A DNA stretch of 64,000 bases from Schmidtea polychroa. Taxonomy: Eukaryota. The position numbers were made by a program, and so were the translations under genes. The DNA lies in contig CM097885.1 in assembly GCA_044892525.1 (NCBI GenBank), forward strand, positions 53,694,001-53,758,000, given 5' to 3'. The notes beneath the pieces are model-generated. The model did no database searches and had not been told where the DNA came from. It saw only the letters and a list, made by a program, of their open reading frames with translations. Shown here one piece after another: positions 40,580-52,723 of this stretch (position 1 is its first letter; each line of letters starts with the position of its first letter).

Positions 40580-43500
40580 TAGAGGTCTACCGATACATGT
40601 ATTTTCGGATATCGCCGATATGAATATATCGGTAAAGTTTTTTTGCCGATATGAGTGCCGATATGAGTATATCGGTAAAGTATTTCCTGTTATAATGGCT
40701 ACAATTGTTTGGGAAAAGAAAAATTACATATCATGGAAAATATTGTATATTGTATTTTACGGAAGAATCTAAATATAAAATCTGAAACAAAAGTATAGAC
40801 CTAACCGGATAAACTCAATTATATTCTAACACAATAAATATTTGATAAACAACCAGAACACACAAATAGATCAGATATTTTATAAATTGATCATTTTACT
40901 TTTTTTGTTTTATATTTAGCTCTCGTACAAACCGGAAGTTTAAAATGGGCTTGAATTGCATATATTTTTAAAACTAGAAATCTAATAATTATATATTACT
41001 GTTTTGAAAATACCGATATAACGCCTATTTTTGAAACATTTCATATGCCAACTTGGTTTAAAATGAACAACGTCTATTGATAAACAGTTATATGAAAGTA
41101 TTTACCTTTAATAGGCTTATAAAACTTTAGCATGTATATAATGTAAACTATAGCAACCGTAATTTATAGGCTAAAATTTGTGTCTAGTATCACAATCACG
41201 GCCTTTTAAAACTATAATTTTGTCTTAAACTTTACATATTTTCTTCATTTTTAAATTTAAACATGAAAAATACAACCCTTATTTCTTTCGTTTTTTGAAA
41301 TCTCTTTCAGAACTAATAAAGTATTCTGAAATTAAAAAAAAGGATAATTATTTGCTACACTAACATAATTGTAACATAAAAATTAAGAAAGTATAGGTAA
41401 CATTATAAATATTTTTTTGTGAAAGTCATTTAAACTGTAATACGTGCTGTTGAATATGATACCTTATAATTTTCACCCTATATTTTGTTTCCGGGTATTA
41501 GAAATTAACTATTTCTTTCCATTAACCCATATAAACACATCAGTTGGTACCATATTGGAATTACACACACACGGTTGATGTGATTAAATTGGCGTAAATA
41601 TATTGGTAAGGTCTGGTTTGAATCATGTTCGCAAAACTATCTCATGAAAACAGATAATCGATATTATCTAAATCATCACATATGAAGCCTGATGTTTAAA
41701 AATTGTAGATAAAACTATATCACTGCAGAGACTTTTCGATATAATTCGAATTTATTCACTCTTAAATAGACTAAGACTCTAAATTTATATAAAAATTCAA
41801 AATTCAATCTATTTTAATCTATACCATGTACAGTATGTTCGCATATTGTACTAAATAAATTTTAAAATGAGCATTATCATATTTGATATCCAAAATATAA
41901 TCAGTCGAAAACAAAAACTCGGGATTTAAACTTATAAATTTGGATAAACACATTCCAATTTAATAATCAAAATCCAGTGCCAGTAAATTATACTTCAATA
42001 AAAGAAGCATTTCACCTCTTTCGGCCAATAAACGCGATCTTTTGTCCGAATATATTTGACTTGCATCACTAAATAGTTGTTCACTTGGAACGCTTGAAGC
42101 AGGAGGCGATAAATATTTGCGCGCAAGAATAGCCAGGGAATTGAAATGATTCACGTTTTGGCGCCACCACAAATAGGGGTCTTCGTTCTGAATAAGCAAA
42201 GGTGTAGATAAATACTCATCAATCATTTTCGAAATGTTTGCCACTTCATTTGCTGGTTCTACCGATTCACTAGAAGGAAAATGATCCCATAAGCAAGATT
42301 TCCCAGAAGTTGTAGATGTTTTTATCATTTGATATTGCATCAGAAACACCGCACATTTGATTTGCTCCAGTTGAAGCCAACTCTTCTTTCAACCAAATTC
42401 TCGCCAATAGTACAGTTTCTTCATTCTCAAATATACGGTCTTTGAAACGAGGATCTAGCACAGTGGCTAGTACGAGTGTTTTGCTTTTTGAAGTGTCAAA
42501 AAATCTCTCATTTAACGCGTATAAAAGATCCACTCGCATTTTATTGATATGCGCATTACAGCAAGGTATATGTTTCAGCAACCGACGAAGCATTGTAAGC
42601 ATGGGCAGTATTACTGATGCAGATGTCGACTTAGCACTTACCTCTTTTGTTATTTCTTCAAATGGATATAAAACATCAATAATTCCTTCCACCAAGAGCC
42701 ACTGCTTTAGTGTTAGCGTCTGTATGTTATGCTCAACAGCATAGGCTCCTAATACCAATTTTTGCTCTTGAATTGATTGTAACATATGCAACGAAGAATT
42801 CCATCGTGTTTTTATATCCTGTACAAGTTTTGTTTCTGCCATTCCCATCTTTTTTTGTAATGCTTGTAATTTATGTTGAGCAACAATCGACATAGAAAAG
42901 ACTGAAACGATTTTGCGTGAAATTAAAATAATATCGTTGACAGCATCTTGGGTAAGTATTACGTCAAATATTACTAGTTGCAAGGTATGAGCAAAACAAA
43001 ACACTCCTTCAAGTTGCGCAAGTCTCAAGCCTTTAACAATGTTTGGCCCGTTATCCCTCAAGCATACATGTGCTCGATCCAAGCCAATGCTGAAGTCAGA
43101 TAGCATCATTTTAATCTTTTCGCATAAATATTCTCCAGTGTGTGATTGTTCTGGTGGGGTGGCAGAGAGAACAACGGCTTTTCTTTCGAAATTTTGCGTT
43201 ATATAATGTCCAGTGAAACTTAAAAGTGAAATTCCAGATGACGGATCGGACCATATATCAGTTGTAAAACTGATATGTTTCTCAGATTCAATTAGTATTT
43301 TTAATTTGAACTTCACTTTACGATGCATATCTGGAATTAATGATGTTGCAAAATATTTGGTGCTCGGTAATTTATATCTCTTTTCTGCCTTTTGCATAAT
43401 ACGTCTGAAACCTACATTTTCAACCACAGTAAATGGTTGCACATCAACACAAATCATTTCCCCGATTAATTTGCTCCAAGATAATGCTCTTGGTTCAATA

Positions 43501-43800
43501 AAATCCCAAACCATGGTGCCATTAATGACCTCAGATATAGTAGGTTGGTATAATGAATTTTCAGACGAAGATGTCACCCTAGGTATCGTTGTTTTAGCCT
43601 TCTTAAACTGTAAATATTCGATCTCATGCTTATTTTTCAAATGGCATATCAAATTAGTTGTCGAAAAGGACCTAGCCTCCCTTCCACCCCGAGAAACTAC
43701 AGCATTGCAGACTCTACAATTTGCTTTGCTGGCGTCTAGAGAATTAACATTGAAAAAATTCCAGATGTCATCTTCGATGGTTTTGTCATTATAAGTTTCT
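40580..43800 (-). mobile_element. hAT Ac-type (ZBED1/4-like) transposon; BED finger plus transposase ~41960-43790, frameshifted near 42340
   Basis: Terminus TAGAGGTCTACCGAT with GCCGATA subterminal repeats at 40580; SFTTDIWS, CFAHTLQL, QDIKTRWNS, LDPRFK, LSPPASSVPSEQLFS. The other TIR was not found. Confidence 0.92.
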
Positions 43801-44224
43801 GGTCGTAATTAATTAAATATATTCGAACTGTGATTATAATGAAATTAACAAAAATCAATGATTATTCATTTCCAATCAACAGCATTTCATACATAGGCTG
43901 AGGCCTAACAATATACTTCTTCCACTATAGCAATACTAGGTGGAAAATTTTAAGCTATTTTGACACCATATATGCGTCAAAGGAATCACGCCATGCCCGC
44001 CTAAACCGAATTATTGATGGTAGGGGATTTACATGTAATTATGTTTTGTTATTGCTGTGTTGTATATCACCCATCAATAAAACCGTTATAATTCATAAAA
44101 TGTGGTGCTGTTACCAAAAATTGGATATTTATAACCTACAAAATAATAATATTTTTAAAAATGGTATTTTTTTATAACTGTTTAAAATTTTGATAATAAT
44201 TAGTTAGTCCACATTATTAATTTT

Positions 44225-44595
44225 AATATTATTATTATTTTCATAAAAAAATAATTTTCATATAATATTTTCATAAAGTCATTTTCATAAAAAATATACT
44301 GTATGTCATAACCGATTTCATAATATTATTTTCATAAAGTCAATTTCATAATAATAATATTTTTCATAAAAATAATATCTTGATAATTGGTTTAATAATT
44401 TTCATAAAACATAGTCATTTTCTGGTATTTTCATAAAAAACATAGTATTCATCATAAAAACATAGTCATTTTCTGATAATTCTTTTTCATAATTTTTCAT
44501 AATTTTTCATAATAATTAAATCATAAAAATTAAAAACATAAAAATTAATTTCATGAAAACAATAATTAAAAAACAATAATTTCATAAAAACTTAC
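44225..44595. repeat. Low-complexity TTTTCATAA repeat array
   Basis: Directly visible. Confidence 0.8.
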
Positions 44596-44722
44596 ATTTT
44601 GGCCTCTTGCACACGAGATAGTGCACTGCTTTATTTCCACCATTTCGTCCACCATTAGTTTTACCATCATTTCGTCCGCCATATTAGTAAATGGATTGGG
44701 CACCGCTAGCACACCTACCCAC

Positions 44723-47570
44723 TAGGGTGGAGTGAAAATGACCGAAAAACATTTTTTGACTTAGTAGACTTTGGATAGTTATAAAAACTTGCTATGAGGT
44801 CCAATGAAGTACTCTGTAAAGAAAAACAATAATTTAAATAATGTCTTGAGGTTCCACAACCAACTTTAAAATGTAACCATTGATAAGAAAACGATCATGT
44901 ATTTGCTATTATTGACATATTATTGAAGTCATTGATGGCATTTAAATAATATTTTCATTACTTTTAATAGCAAAATATTTGCCACCCATACACTATGGAT
45001 TTTAAATGCCTCTGGTTTTCCTTTTTAGAGTTGCAATGGCTGTAACCAGAAAGAAAGTGTCTTGTGTCATCTTTGGTGGTCCATCCGAGATGCCCGACAA
45101 TCAACTACCGACTTATGCAGATGTTATGAAATTCTACAACCTGACAAAGCAGAGACTGAAATGCGAATTGAACAATAAAGATCCTTCACATCGCAACGTG
45201 GCAGAAACAGTGTCAATGAAAGTAGAACAAATATGGGACAAAGCTTCCATACCACATGTAAGCCACCGCCGTGTTCATGAAATGTTGAACGTGTACCACA
45301 AGACGTTCATGAAATTGCTGAAGCCGTATAAATCTAGGAAGGACTCAGAACCATACAGAGAGAAAATATCGTAGTTTAAAGATGAATCGATTAAACTCTT
45401 TGACATTTGCTCCTGCAAGTGCTCTTGTATGTCTCAGTGTCACTGTGAGAAGTCAAGAAAGATACCCACAATTGAACGTGACTTTCTAGAAGATCAGCGG
45501 GGTTCACGCTGTATGATCATAGCTGGAGTTGATGAGTTTGAATCCAGTATATTACAAAAGCGGTATATCCGTAAAGAGTCGACACAGAGGCAGATGTGTA
45601 CCAAATCTGCCATTGATGACATCGGTGATAAACAGTCGGATGTCTGTGACGAGATTTCTGGAATGGAAGAGGAAATGGATACCGGCGATGATGACTCTGA
45701 TGACGATTGTATAAGCCAAATTAAACAACAGCGAAAATTGAATGACAAGCAGATGAGAGTTAAGCTACCGTCGTTGGCTTTAGCGTGTGATCGACATGGC
45801 GTATCCGACAGGGCGGCAGCAGGAATCGCCAGTGCTGTTCTTCAAGATGTTGGAATAATCCACAAACATGATGTTTCTAAAGTGATTGACAGAAGTAAAG
45901 TGCGTCGAGAACGTTGTAATAAGCGTGGCGCATTATGTGCCGAAGTCAGTAACACAATCACTGGGTTATATTTTGACGGCAGAAAAGACAATACAATGAC
46001 CCAAATTAAAGAATGCGATGGTAAATTTCATCGGAAAATAATAACTGAAGAACATATATCGATTATAGCCGAACCAGGAGCTACATATTTCGGTCACATT
46101 ACACCAACTGCAGGGTCAAGCAAAGTTATCACGGCTGAGTTGATTGCATATTTGAATAAAAGAAATGTTGACACGAGTGGCATAAAAGCAATAGGTTGTG
46201 ATGGGACAGTCACTAATACGGGCATTCGAGGAGGCATCATTCGATTACTTGAAGTGACGTTACACAGACCGCTACAGTGGTTCGTATGTCAGTTGCATGC
46301 AAACGAATTACCGTTAAGACATTTGTTTCAGTATCTCGATGGACCTACCAATGGTCCAAAAGGATTTTCTGGTCCCATTGGAAAGTCATTGTTGAATTGT
46401 GAGAAGCTTCCCATCGTTGACTACATGCCGATAAACTGTGTTCTACCGTCAAGTGCAAATTCCGACGATTTAAGTACAGATCAGAAATACCTGTTCGATT
46501 TGTGTACTGCTGTAAGTGTTGGTATTTGTCCTGTCGACCATTCACTTCGCAATCCTGGTCTTATCAACCATTCGAGATGGTTAACCACGGCTAATCGCAT
46601 ACTACGTCTGTATGTTGCCACAAGAAGCCCGTCGGATGAACTAAAGACGCTTGCTACCTTCATCGTAACAGTTTATGCACCTGCATGGTTTGAAATAAAG
46701 AATACCCCTTCGTGTAAAGACGGCGCTCGACATGTCCACAGTTCGATACTGAAATCACGCTACCTCACAGACGAGCTGAAGAAAGTTGTTGACCCGGTAA
46801 TTCAACGCAACGCATTCTTTAGTCATCCAGAAAATCTGTTGCTTGCGATGCTTACCGATGAAAGATCAGATATACGCGAGTTAGCTCTGCACGCATACTG
46901 AAATCCAGAAAGCAGAAACGTACGACTTCAGTTAGATCCTTCTGCGTGCCAGTAATCAACTTTGAAGCTACTAGCTACATAGACATGATCGATTGGCAGA
47001 AAACTCCGATCACAGAGCCTCCAATCGTAGTGGACATTGACGAAGATACTTTGTTAACCATGATCCGGGAAGAAGAAACGCCAAGACTGGATTTCGCCCG
47101 CTATCCTTGTCACACCCAGGCAGTAGAGAGACATATCAAGCTAGTGACAGAAGCATCCGAAATGGTGTGTGGTCCAGAAAAACGCGACGGATTTATTAGA
47201 GCACGCTTGGAATCGAGATTGAAAATGCCAAAACTGGACACCAAAGCCCAACATCATTTGTAGCTATAAAAACATGTTAGACAGTTTGCATGTTGTTTCC
47301 CTTCACAGATATGGTTCTTATTACTTGTAATGTTATGTACAGACTGTTAAAAAGTTAAACCATAACATAAATATGTTACTTATAAAAAAATGTTTTTTTA
47401 AAGATTATTGCTTTTTTATCGAAATATGCCTATACTTTAGGTCAATTGTGGAACCTCAAGATATGCTTTAAATTGTCTAATTGTTTGCCACATTACTAAT
47501 TGCATGTGTTACCAAGTTTTTATAGCTATCCAAACAAGATATTAAGAAAAAAAATTTTCACTCCACCCTA
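44723..47570 (+). mobile_element. Full-length hATm-like DNA transposon (2848 bp); transposase ~45036-47263 with one stop (45372-45374) and one frameshift (~46890)
   Basis: TIR TAGGGTGGAGTGAAAAT / ATTTTCACTCCACCCTA; perfect 8 bp TSD CTACCCAC (44715-44722, 47571-47578); YFDGRKD, GCDGTVTNTG, CQLHANEL, HSRWLT, PCHTQAVER. Confidence 0.92.
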
Positions 47571-48544
47571 CTACCCACGGTTATAAAAGAGATATTTTCA
47601 AGGTCATATTATTAAAATTTAAATTTATAGAGTTCCCGCCAACGAAAATTATTGAACGATAGCTCATTTTAAAGCACAATGCAAGAACCTTTGAATGAGT
47701 CTTATATCTTATTATTATCATTATTATTTCTAAAGATATTATTATTATTATAATTATTATTATCATTATTATTATTATTATTATACTTCGAGTTTATCCG
47801 TCAAAATATTCTGTTTCCCTATGGGTATTTGTTGTAAGGGTACTGCTCACACTCAACAACTCACAAGGGTACTGCTCACAAGTGTAGTATTATTAAACAA
47901 ATCAAAAAAACATATTAATACATTTATTAAACAATAAAATAATTTAAAATTAACAATAGTAATCTAAATATTGATTGTTTTTCAGATATTCAATTGATCC
48001 TTTTGCTGGGGTGCCACTCGGTTGAGTCCGTTCACGTTAACTCTTTTCTCTAAGGGATGATTGTCCATCTCGTATAGAATTCGTTTTCACCTGTTCAACT
48101 CGGAGCGGAACCCCACATAACTTGCCCTCCAACATAGTGCCCGTGAATTACTCCACGTTGGTACTGCACTATGCAGGCGAGACGCCAGCAAGTAGGTGAG
48201 CTTCTGCCTTAAAACTACTCCTTGCTGAGGCCTCGACTTCCCATTCACGACTGCCGGTAGAAGGGCTTACGTCCATTCTTATTACACAACCGTTTATCAG
48301 AATTTCGTTGAATGCAAATTGGGAATTATTCACGGGATCTCGAAGACTTTCGGCTCAACACACTTAATCAAAGTCAGACTACTCATGAAAGAAAAAGCAT
48401 AAAACAACAAAATTTATTGATTTCAATATTGTAATACAGAAATTCAACTGTACACATTACGATGTCTTTCAAGGGGAAAGGACAGTACCACAGCAAATGT
48501 AGATGGAATTTTCGGTAATCATTATGGACGCTCACCGTGGTTTC

Positions 48545-49294
48545 TCATTTCTCCCATTCGGTGTCGGCGAGTAACTCGTCCAAATCAAAGAACTCGGAGG
48601 CGTTTTCCTCCCAAGTTACGCCAGCTGCTGAGATAATTCGTGCTGTGGGTCCTGTAGTTAGGTCGATGAATACGTGAGAGTTACTGATGTTGGTTGAATT
48701 TTCCATTGAGGGGACGTCCGACTTTGTAGATCCGCGCTCGCGCTGCCTCTTCTTGCGCTCGGCACGTGACAGCTGCCGACGTTTGGGTTTGGAGGAGCTG
48801 TTGATAGTAAGAGGCAGAGTGGAGGTAGAGGCGATGGATGGAATTGCTTCGCTAGTGCCGGTGAAGATCACGTCGACTGGCTTCGGCAAGAGCTGAGTCT
48901 CTACACACCCTCGGCAAGACTTCTTAGGTGGAGGTGACGACTTTGAAGAAGTGTCGTGATGAGCTGGGAAGAGCTGGTCGGCTTCATTTATAGGAATCTG
49001 GACAATCTTTCGGGTAGTGGCGGCCTGGAGATAGACTTTATGCAGCGCCTCAGACTGCTCTTTGATCAGGCTTCTTTGGGCACGGCTCTCAGAGATTAGA
49101 GCGTCCCGACAATGCTCACTACGATGGAGCTTCTTCTGGGTCTCCTTCATCTGGGCGGGACTGAACCATGTCCCCTCTAGCTCGTCTATTTTCCTTTTGT
49201 ATTTCCCAATCTCGGTCTGTAGGTCTTTGATCATTGCATTCTTGTCTGAACAAGAAAAGCAGGGTCTGAGAACGAATTTCGAATTGGGTAACAT
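48545..49294 (-). CDS. Orphan 'ORF X' copy B, 249 aa: CxxC, coiled coil, second CxxC, basic NLS-like tract, acidic-hydrophobic C-terminus
   Basis: Open ORF homologous to 33192-33846. Both copies have a splice-acceptor-like CAG 2 nt before the ATG. Confidence 0.8.
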   Translation of the reverse strand: MLPNSKFVLRPCFSCSDKNAMIKDLQTEIGKYKRKIDELEGTWFSPAQMKETQKKLHRSEHCRDALISESRAQRSLIKEQSEALHKVYLQAATTRKIVQIPINEADQLFPAHHDTSSKSSPPPKKSCRGCVETQLLPKPVDVIFTGTSEAIPSIASTSTLPLTINSSSKPKRRQLSRAERKKRQRERGSTKSDVPSMENSTNISNSHVFIDLTTGPTARIISAAGVTWEENASEFFDLDELLADTEWEK

Positions 49295-50532
49295 ATCTGG
49301 TAGCTATGACGAAAAGATAGAACTAAATAAGATAAACCAAATTTAGAAGATCATCATTCCGACACGACTATTTGTTAGCATCATTAGGTAGTCCTACCGA
49401 AAGAAATGGGGTCAATTAGCAAGATGAAAATTGAAAACATCTCATCGCTATTGTTGGATTTTTTAAAGTCTGCTGGATATCTCCACTACACTTAGCTGGT
49501 CGACGATGCTCGGTTCGAAAGGTAAACGACGAAATTTTCCTATTCTGGCTTGTATGCAGATGGTTCAAAATTAGTTTTACTTTTACATGAAATTTCTTAA
49601 ATATATCGTTTGTTCTTAGTTGAATTTTATGATAATGTTGCATTCTAATTTATTGTGATTCTACTATTAAAAGAAATACGCTAAAACCGAATTCGTTGTT
49701 AAACCGAAGGTGAATGCCAAATTGTGAAACGAGGAAATGCTTGAATAGCGGCATTTAGAAGACCTAAATCCATTGTTAATGAGGTTACTAGATCGTTCAG
49801 ATACGAGAGTAATGAAGTTGTTGCAGAGGTGGAGATTTTAGACACGCTCAGTCATTGTGAAGCTCATATTTTCATTTCCCTCGAATCTAGGAATGCCAAC
49901 TCTCTCTCTACTGTCTCGATTTAATTTTTAAGTCCTTCAGCGATTGGACCCGTGAAGAAGCCTTCACATTTCGGCCCAATCTAGCTGCGTGATTGAAATA
50001 CTCCATGTCCACCGGCTGAGCTCCCGAAGGCACCTCACACCATGACATGGAGTATCTCAACACCACGTTGCTCATAAATGTTAAAATCATCAAACAATAA
50101 CCCATAAAATCAATTACACAAATTTTAAAATAACTCATTTGTTACTAGTGATTAAATAGCAATTTAATTAATCAAATTCGTTATTAAGGATCAATCGAAA
50201 AGAAAAGCTCTTTTAAATTAAAAATGTAATTATTTCGCAAATATACATAATTATTATAATAAAATAATCAAAGCATAAAATAAAATTCCCTTACTAAGTG
50301 GTTTGAACGAACGTATATGCTGAATCGAAAGGTATCGGATCGAGTTAATTATCTATCGAAGTTTAAATAGATTTCCACTGTCGTTTTGTTAAGATTTCCT
50401 GGATTCTGGATTAGTCCTGTAAGTCGCTGTGGTTTACCTGTAAAGTCGTTTGGTTTAACTGTGTTTTTATAAAATTTATCTTACCTGTAAAGTCGTTTGG
50501 TTTAACTGTAAGTTTATAATTTTTGTGTTTGT

Positions 50533-50567
50533 TTATATACTAATTTTTGATGTGTGCGGACCAATCA
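50533..50567 (-). promoter_or_regulatory. Inverted CCAAT plus TATA promoter upstream of ORF X copy B
   Basis: - strand TGATTGG-N21-TATATAAA, followed by duplicated mini-exon-like units ending CAG|GTAA (50434-50510). Confidence 0.6.
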
Positions 50568-51127
50568 GAATTGAGTACCGCTTAATTTTATTGCTTTAAT
50601 TTATTTTTCTTGTTTTTTAGTTATTTCTTCCTATTTTCTTTATTTTATTGTATTTTTTTATCTATTTTCTTTAATTTCCTTATTATTTACTGCATTTTAC
50701 GTTATTTCTCGTTATTCTATTGTCCTATTTTAATTTTTCTTATTTTTCTATTTTTTGTTTTAATTCTTATTTTCTAATTATTGCTTTTCTTATATCTTAT
50801 TCTATTTTATTCGTAAATTTGTTTATTTTATTTTTATTTTAATTTAGTTATGCTTAACCTAATTTCTTAGATACTTTTCAAATCACTCGGGGACCCATCA
50901 AAATTGCGTCCCGCAATTGCATATTTATCTTACTTCATACATTCATAAAAAGGGTATATCAAAATAATTATACAACAACGATAAAAATTTTATTCTAAGA
51001 TATAGGTCAAATCAAGACCAAGCAAGTATCACTTAAGGTGATAGTTTATATATACAATAAAAGTTCCACACATGATAAAAAAAAATAAAAAAAAATTAAT
51101 GTTTCAACTAAAGTTTATAATTGTCAA

Positions 51128-51784
51128 TCAATCTGATGCTCCGGCTAACGGTTGTTGGTTGATCGGGGTATTGAGGTTGAGATAGGTCTGACTGTTAGAA
51201 TTCGGCTGGATTGGTTGGTTATTCGGGGTTCGGGGTCGGAATGAAGTTGGGTTAAGATTTGTCAGGGGCACCCACTGAGGATTTTGGTGCGAGGTTTCCC
51301 TCGTTGATGTCGAGACTTGACATCTCTTCCGGGCTTCGTAAATTTTTAGAAATGTTATTAGACTTAGGAGGATGGTTTCCGCGATCACTACATATACGAG
51401 GAGATGTATGTCGCTTGGTTCTGGGGATTTCTCGATCTTTTCAGGTTCGAAATTCGCCTGCCGTATTTGTGATTCTAGCTGGTCCAGATGATGGATTTGT
51501 TCTACCATCACTTTATTTATCTTTCTGCACATGGGATTGCCTTGACACATTATTCGGACTTTGTCGATGTAGGTTCGGGTTGAACGGATGTTGTCCATGA
51601 TTTTGATCTTCACTAAGGTAGGGCATATCAGTTTAGGTGATTCTGATTTGATTTTCGGGTTCGTCCTTCTGTGATCTCGGAGACTATCTATTTGGGGATT
51701 GCTCTGCGACTTGCTCATCAGATTGTTGGCCAATAGTATCAGGGTGACTATCACTCCCCACCGCATTATACTGTTATACATCAA
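51128..51784 (-). CDS. Predicted type I membrane protein, 218 aa (signal peptide, 3-Cys ectodomain, TM, P/N/Q-rich tail)
   Basis: Hydrophobic N-terminus WGVIVTLILLA; TM LLVYVVIAETILLSLITFL followed by basic residues. Confidence 0.7.
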   Translation of the reverse strand: MMYNSIMRWGVIVTLILLANNLMSKSQSNPQIDSLRDHRRTNPKIKSESPKLICPTLVKIKIMDNIRSTRTYIDKVRIMCQGNPMCRKINKVMVEQIHHLDQLESQIRQANFEPEKIEKSPEPSDIHLLVYVVIAETILLSLITFLKIYEARKRCQVSTSTRETSHQNPQWVPLTNLNPTSFRPRTPNNQPIQPNSNSQTYLNLNTPINQQPLAGASD

Positions 51785-51820
51785 ACAATTAGTTTATTTA
51801 CAATTGTCGACATTATCTTA

Positions 51821-52531
51821 TTAGTCGTCTTTCTTTTGAGGGTCGTTTTCGGTGATTCTCATTAGGGTGGTTTCGGCCTTAATGACCCGGTGTCTCGACT
51901 CCGGCATCATTACCAACTGTCTATCTTTTTCGCGTGCTTCTCTTTTCAGGTGTCGGATTTCTTTTCCTAGTCGTCTAATTTCTTCCCTTTTCTTTTCCAG
52001 GTTCCTTTTTAGTTCAATTTGTAGAAAGTCTTGTTCGTTTCCCTGCTGGTGACTTTGTTGTTGACGCTGTTCATGTTTTCCCTCTATCTCTCTGTATTTG
52101 CGGATCCACTTCTTCATCTCTTCACTTTCCCGTTGGTTTTCTTCCAGTTGTTGTTTTAATTTATTTATAGCTGTTTGGCGTTCCTTCGCCTCGGTTTTCC
52201 AGTAATCCTCAATTACTTCTTCTGCTTTAAAGCTTGCCCTTTCTTTCCATAATTCTCCCACTATCTTTTCCCAGTTTTTTCCTCGCTTCCTTTGTTCATG
52301 AAGCCATTCAGTTTCCTCTTCCGTTTCCCTTTTTACTTCCCCCAACACTTTACACTCTTTCTTTAACACCTTTATCATTTTTCGGTCTTACAGGTATTTG
52401 TTTATTAATCTCCCGTTTTCGCACTTCTCTTCCCGTAACTCTGCCTTTAGCGTCTGTGTTTCTGTTGTTTCTGCTTCAATCTCTCCTTCTTCTACGTCAC
52501 TCGTGATTTCTACTATTTCCTCGATTTTCAT
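51821..52531 (-). pseudogene. E/K/R-rich coiled-coil protein with one in-frame stop (52388-52390)
   Basis: ORFs 52388-52585 and 51821-52378 are in the same frame; the likely start MKIEE lies downstream of a TATA-like TATATAAA at ~52590. Confidence 0.6.
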
Positions 52532-52723
52532 ATCTATAATATGTACAATTAATGGTGCGCTATAGTGCGACGTATACGTATACATTTATATAAAGTTTGA
52601 TAATTTGGGTTACAGTCCCTTAAATACTTTTAATCTACTCATAATTTTTTTTTTTTTTTGGGATATAGGTCCCGATTTTATAAATTTTTTTTTTTTTTTG
52701 TCTTTTTTAAACACAGCATTTAT

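Noticed and set aside
48240..48300. Twister or pistol ribozyme (TAAGCCC motif on the - strand)
   Set aside because: I could not place all conserved core nucleotides and pseudoknots in both copies; kept only as a conserved block
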